From the IMG/VR virus record IMGVR_UViG_3300034092_002263: a DNA stretch of 20,000 nt; one strand, 5' to 3'. Each line of letters begins with the position of its first letter. Within the stretch, counting starts at the first letter, position 1. Shown piece after piece: positions 17,390 through 20,000 of this stretch. The notes under the pieces are model-generated. The model was not told the DNA's origin. It saw only the letters and a program-made list of their open reading frames with translations, and did no database searches. Made by a program: the position numbers and the translations under genes. Source of the DNA: an uncultured virus (IMG/VR IMGVR_UViG_3300034092_002263). Lineage: Duplodnaviria > Heunggongvirae > Uroviricota > Caudoviricetes.

Positions 17390-17584
17390 AATAGAAAGTT
17401 TCGCAGTGCTGCTTCTAACCTCCGAGCCTATCGGGCTTCCCGTACTTCCTCATACCGTCCATACGGTTCGGATGATGGATACGATTACCATAGGGACAAC
17501 CGTGATGGATCGGTTGACGATTACGTTGCATTCGTTGCAGAATGGAGAAAGAAGAAAGAAGAAGAAAAATCCAAGACCCCCTAA
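17387..17584 (+). CDS. Small hypothetical early protein (65 aa)
   Basis: Directly downstream of cassette 1 and its purine-rich leader; basic N-terminus, acidic middle. Confidence 0.65.
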   Translation: MNRKFRSAASNLRAYRASRTSSYRPYGSDDGYDYHRDNRDGSVDDYVAFVAEWRKKKEEEKSKTP

Positions 17585-17593
17585 GAGTGAGGG

Positions 17594-17621
17594 TTGCGGC
17601 GGCAGAAAAGTTTGGTAGGAT
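17594..17621 (+). promoter_or_regulatory. Sigma70-like promoter TTGCGG-N16-TAGGAT
   Basis: Near-identical to 18749-18776; intergenic; TGn before the -10 element. Confidence 0.6.
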
Positions 17622-17645
17622 CGTAGAAAAGAAAGAGAGAAAAAG

Positions 17646-17807
17646 ATGAAGCGTTGGACTCAAGACTATCGGTATATCGTTTGGACGGTGACCGAGGGTA
17701 CGCATGATCGGTATGATCTGTACGTTGCTGGTGTGCTGAAGTACACTAATCTTCCGTTTGAACAGTTCTATCCGATTTACAAAGTAGAATCCGCCAAGGT
17801 ATCCTGA
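17646..17807 (+). CDS. Small hypothetical protein (53 aa)
   Basis: MKRWTQDYRYIVWTVTEGTHDRYDLYVAGVLKYTNLPFEQFYPIYKVESAKVS; purine-rich leader; below the ORF-track cutoff. Confidence 0.65.
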   Translation: MKRWTQDYRYIVWTVTEGTHDRYDLYVAGVLKYTNLPFEQFYPIYKVESAKVS

Positions 17808-17825
17808 GAAAGAAAGAAAAAGAAA

Positions 17826-18143
17826 ATGGAAAAGTTCCCTATTGTCGAACAGTACAAGCGTACAGTGCGTGGTATCTTCTACGGTATTGCAATCCCTTGC
17901 GATAAGCGTACCGCTGATGGTAGTACGATTCGCAGCGAGAAGGTATTGAAGTTCAATCGTTCCGCTCTGCGAAAGATTGGCAAGCGTAAGGTCGAGAAGG
18001 TCGATCCTCGCGTTGTTGGTACTGTAGATCATATGCGGTTTCCCGTTGGCAAGCCCGGTTCCCCCGAAAGGGTGGCCGCTCTGGCAAAGCAGTATGCTAG
18101 CCTGAGTGAAGATGAGATGTCGCCCTTTATTGGAGATGAGTGA
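17826..18143 (+). CDS. Hypothetical basic protein (105 aa)
   Basis: A-rich leader, coherent ORF, C-terminal PGSPERVAALAKQY motif. Confidence 0.75.
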   Translation: MEKFPIVEQYKRTVRGIFYGIAIPCDKRTADGSTIRSEKVLKFNRSALRKIGKRKVEKVDPRVVGTVDHMRFPVGKPGSPERVAALAKQYASLSEDEMSPFIGDE

Positions 18144-18147
18144 GAAC

Positions 18148-18297
18148 ATGACCATTCAAGTACAAAATACGCTCCGTCGCCTTGTTGCTCATCATGGTTA
18201 TTCGGCTACATTTGTACAGCATATGGGAGAGGGTATATGTATGTACAGTATCGGAGGTATCATGTACCGCATAAGGGGGGATGGTACGATTCTCTAA
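18148..18297 (+). CDS. Small hypothetical protein (49 aa)
   Basis: MTIQVQNTLRRLVAHHGY...; ATG 4 nt after the upstream stop. Confidence 0.6.
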   Translation: MTIQVQNTLRRLVAHHGYSATFVQHMGEGICMYSIGGIMYRIRGDGTIL

Positions 18298-18305
18298 GAA
18301 CTCGA

Positions 18306-18387
18306 CGCAAACCCTTGTGGCGTAAGGACTTACGGCAAGGGCGGCGGGCCGGATTCGTCGTAAACCCTTATGCCATAAGGACTTATG
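18306..18387. repeat. Two tandem 29-bp dyad elements with GC-rich linker
   Basis: CGCAAACCCTTGTGGCGTAAGGACTTACG (18306-18334) and CGTAAACCCTTATGCCATAAGGACTTATG (18359-18387); same family as 17283 and 18510. Confidence 0.8.
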
Positions 18388-18428
18388 TCTCATCTAATGT
18401 AGACCGCTAGACGCACCCCACATAGTGG

Positions 18429-18612
18429 TGTAGCAAAATGCTGTGCAAAATGCAACGGTGTGTGGCAAAATGCTACAGTGCCACGAATCGCGTCTCAAAT
18501 TGAGAAAATCGTAAACCCTTGAAAATACTAGACTTACGATCCCAAAAATATTTTTCAGACTTTGGCACGGGAAGTGCATTATATAGAGACATAAGAAAGA
18601 GAGTGAAAGATG
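18429..18612 (+). repeat. Regulatory cassette copy 2
   Basis: TGTAGCAAAATGCTGTG 18429, CTGTGCAAAATGCAACG 18441, TGTGGCAAAATGCTACA 18461, CGTCTCAAATTGAGAAA 18491, dyad 18510-18538, TGGCACG box 18563, AAGAAAGAGAGTGAAAGATG. Confidence 0.85.
18563..18578 (+). promoter_or_regulatory. Sigma54 -24/-12 box
   Basis: TGGCACG-GGAA-GTGCA, about 31 nt before ATG 18610. Confidence 0.75.
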
Positions 18613-18732
18613 GAAAAGATGGTTGTGATTTACGTTTCCGATTGTTGTGGTTGTGAGAGTAATATGGATTATGAAGTGTGTTCTAGTTGTGGTGAACACT
18701 GTGAGATCATAAAGGAAGAATATTCCGTTTGA
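18610..18732 (+). CDS. Tiny Cys-rich zinc-ribbon-like protein (40 aa)
   Basis: MEKMVVIYVSDCCGCESNMDYEVCSSCGEHCEIIKEEYSV; directly after cassette 2. Confidence 0.7.
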   Translation: MEKMVVIYVSDCCGCESNMDYEVCSSCGEHCEIIKEEYSV

Positions 18733-18748
18733 TCCCTCACCTTGGGGG

Positions 18749-18776
18749 TTGCGGCGGCGGAAACGTTTGGTAAGAT
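18749..18776 (+). promoter_or_regulatory. Sigma70-like promoter TTGCGG-N16-TAAGAT
   Basis: Repeat of 17594-17621; 18 nt before ATG 18795. Confidence 0.6.
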
Positions 18777-18794
18777 TGAAGAAAAGGATTAGAA

Positions 18795-18989
18795 ATGACT
18801 GACAGCAAAAAGCAAGTTTTAGATTTTATTAGCAAGATGGAAACGAATATACTTGGAAGATGGATGGTAAACATGCAGAAAATTTCCAGTAATGTTTCCG
18901 TTCATGCTAGAGAGTTTCCTAACATGTGCGTTAGTTTAGCCGCTAGTGAGTTGCTTCGACGTTATCGTGAGAATAGAAATGACCGCTAA
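18795..18989 (+). CDS. Small hypothetical protein (64 aa)
   Basis: AAGGA RBS, promoter directly upstream. Confidence 0.65.
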   Translation: MTDSKKQVLDFISKMETNILGRWMVNMQKISSNVSVHAREFPNMCVSLAASELLRRYRENRNDR

Positions 18990-19134
18990 AACTAAAAGTG
19001 GAACCGCTGTAACCGTCAACACTTTCGATGTTATCATTGAAGATGGTAAGCCGGTTATTATGTTCTTTGTAAAAGATGAAAATGGTCAGTATGGTATCTT
19101 CAATCAAAACGAACTGCATGAATTCAAGGAGTGA
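18979..19134 (+). CDS. Small hypothetical protein (51 aa)
   Basis: MTAKTKSGTAVTVNTFDVIIEDGKPVIMFFVKDENGQYGIF...; short overlap with the upstream gene. Confidence 0.6.
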   Translation: MTAKTKSGTAVTVNTFDVIIEDGKPVIMFFVKDENGQYGIFNQNELHEFKE

Positions 19135-19136
19135 TA

Positions 19137-19298
19137 ATGCAAGATAATATCATTTTTCTAATCGGATGTTTTATTGTCGCCGGTCTTATGTGCGAGGTAG
19201 TGTGGAGCGTGTTTCTATATGTCGTCTCCCGCTTGGAATATTATTTTTACCACCGATACCTTGACAAGGTTTCTAAGTCTGGTACAATCGAGGAATGA
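19137..19298 (+). CDS. Small membrane protein (53 aa)
   Basis: MQDNIIFLIGCFIVAGLMCEVVWSVFLYVVSRLEYYFYHRYLDKVSKSGTIEE; AAGGAG RBS upstream. Confidence 0.6.
   Translation: MQDNIIFLIGCFIVAGLMCEVVWSVFLYVVSRLEYYFYHRYLDKVSKSGTIEE
19261..19288 (+). promoter_or_regulatory. Sigma70 promoter TTGACA-N16-TACAAT
   Basis: Near-consensus hexamers with extended TGn -10. Confidence 0.7.
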
Positions 19299-19384
19299 TA
19301 GCACTAATGACAGCGTTTCATGCGTTTATCGTTTTGACCGCGTGTGCGATTGGTATTTTCTCCCTATTTAGTGAAGAAGTATGA
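19295..19384 (+). CDS. Putative 29-aa hydrophobic peptide
   Basis: MIALMTAFHAFIVLTACAIGIFSLFSEEV; ATGA overlaps at both ends. Confidence 0.5.
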   Translation: MIALMTAFHAFIVLTACAIGIFSLFSEEV

Positions 19385-19686
19385 ATCACGAAACTAAACT
19401 TGTTATGATGTGGATTGACAATAGCGAAGCAATGCATTATTTCTGGCGTAATCGTGCGTATTGTACATATCTAAAAGCAGAAGAAACTAAGACGTTTTCT
19501 AAGTATGAGTCGGCCAAGTACGATCTGGCTACATACATGAAGGAAAAGTTTACAACCGATATGTACGAAATGTGTGAATCACACAATGTAAATGGACTGT
19601 GGGCCGATTTGCTTTCGTCTGCTTTGCAAGAAGTAAACTGGTCCGAAATTGCAGAATGTTATCTTGAAGGTCAACTCGTCTCTTGA
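19381..19686 (+). CDS. Hypothetical phage protein (101 aa)
   Basis: N.ET.LV..WIDN.E ... DLL..AL.EVNW.EIA pattern recurrent in uncharacterised phage early proteins. Confidence 0.75.
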   Translation: MNHETKLVMMWIDNSEAMHYFWRNRAYCTYLKAEETKTFSKYESAKYDLATYMKEKFTTDMYEMCESHNVNGLWADLLSSALQEVNWSEIAECYLEGQLVS

Positions 19687-19710
19687 CAAACCCAACCCAC
19701 ACGGTATAAT
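19683..19710 (+). promoter_or_regulatory. Sigma70 promoter TTGACA-N16-TATAAT
   Basis: Perfect hexamers, 18 nt before ATG 19729. Confidence 0.8.
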
Positions 19711-19728
19711 AGAGAAAAAGGAAAAAAC

Positions 19729-20000
19729 ATGGATACGTTCAACGTCGCCCTTGCTATTGCATTTCTTGTTCTGGTTGCTTGTATTGTTTTACTTCTTATT
19801 ACGGGAGGTGCATACGATAGTCTTTCTAATGCTCGTATTGGTAATGTGTACAATTTCTATTATCTCCAACCGTTAAATGGTACGAATAATCGTTATCTCG
19901 TCAAGGTACTAAACATTCGCACACTTGATAAAGAGGAAATTAATTCTCTTAACTGTTTTAGTTTGTACCGTCGATGGGATGATATATTCTTTCGCACTGG
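19729..20000 (+). CDS. Membrane-anchored hypothetical protein, truncated by window edge
   Basis: MDTFNVALAIAFLVLVACIVLLLITGGAYDSLSNARIGNVYNFYY...; open to position 20000; AAGGA RBS. Confidence 0.7.
   Translation, partial: MDTFNVALAIAFLVLVACIVLLLITGGAYDSLSNARIGNVYNFYYLQPLNGTNNRYLVKVLNIRTLDKEEINSLNCFSLYRRWDDIFFRT

Noticed and set aside
17201..18538. CRISPR array or integron attC interpretation of the repeats
   Set aside because: No regular repeat-spacer period, copies are degenerate, no RYYYAAC/GTTRRRY ends, and no cas or integrase gene in the window.
17050..18600. tRNA or other known structured RNA in the intergenic gaps
   Set aside because: No cloverleaf or T-loop (GTTCGA) signature seen; the gaps are explained by DNA-type palindromes. 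An Infernal/tRNAscan run would be decisive.
17119..19876. Minus-strand ORFs 17119-17352, 17415-18155, 18127-18393, 18394-18699, 19671-19853 and plus-strand ORFs 17406-17618, 19649-19876
   Set aside because: They overlap regulatory repeats or better-supported plus-strand genes that have promoters and leaders.
1..20000. Alternative genetic code (stop-codon reassignment)
   Set aside because: Genes are dense and intact under code 11; TAA, TGA and TAG all serve as stops.

Overview
Fragment of a tailed dsDNA phage (Caudoviricetes) genome spanning a divergent late/early junction. Positions 1-17019 are an AT-rich, tightly packed minus-strand block. In transcription order it encodes: two hypotheticals, a phage sigma factor, a possible small terminase, a SAM methyltransferase, a glycosyltransferase, GDP-mannose 4,6-dehydratase, a small hypothetical, HNH and ERCC4 nucleases, a ClpP-like protease, large terminase, portal, prohead protease/scaffold, head decoration protein, major capsid protein, a minor virion protein and a >996-aa fibre-like protein running off the left edge. 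A TGTGTAT(A/T) box recurs upstream of these late genes. From ~17110 the strand flips and GC rises, with many tiny ORFs (early region). The most striking signal is a ~190-bp non-coding cassette present twice with base-exact internal spacing. It has the layout of a complete bacterial sigma54 enhancer-dependent promoter: NtrC-type 7-3-7 palindromes, an IHF-like dyad and a TGGCACG-N4-(T/G)TGCA -24/-12 box. A third stand-alone perfect sigma54 box and four sigma70-like promoters with 16-bp spacers are also present. This suggests a three-tier transcription programme (host sigma54 plus enhancer-binding protein, host sigma70, phage sigma). All functional calls come from motif recognition by eye; no searches were run.
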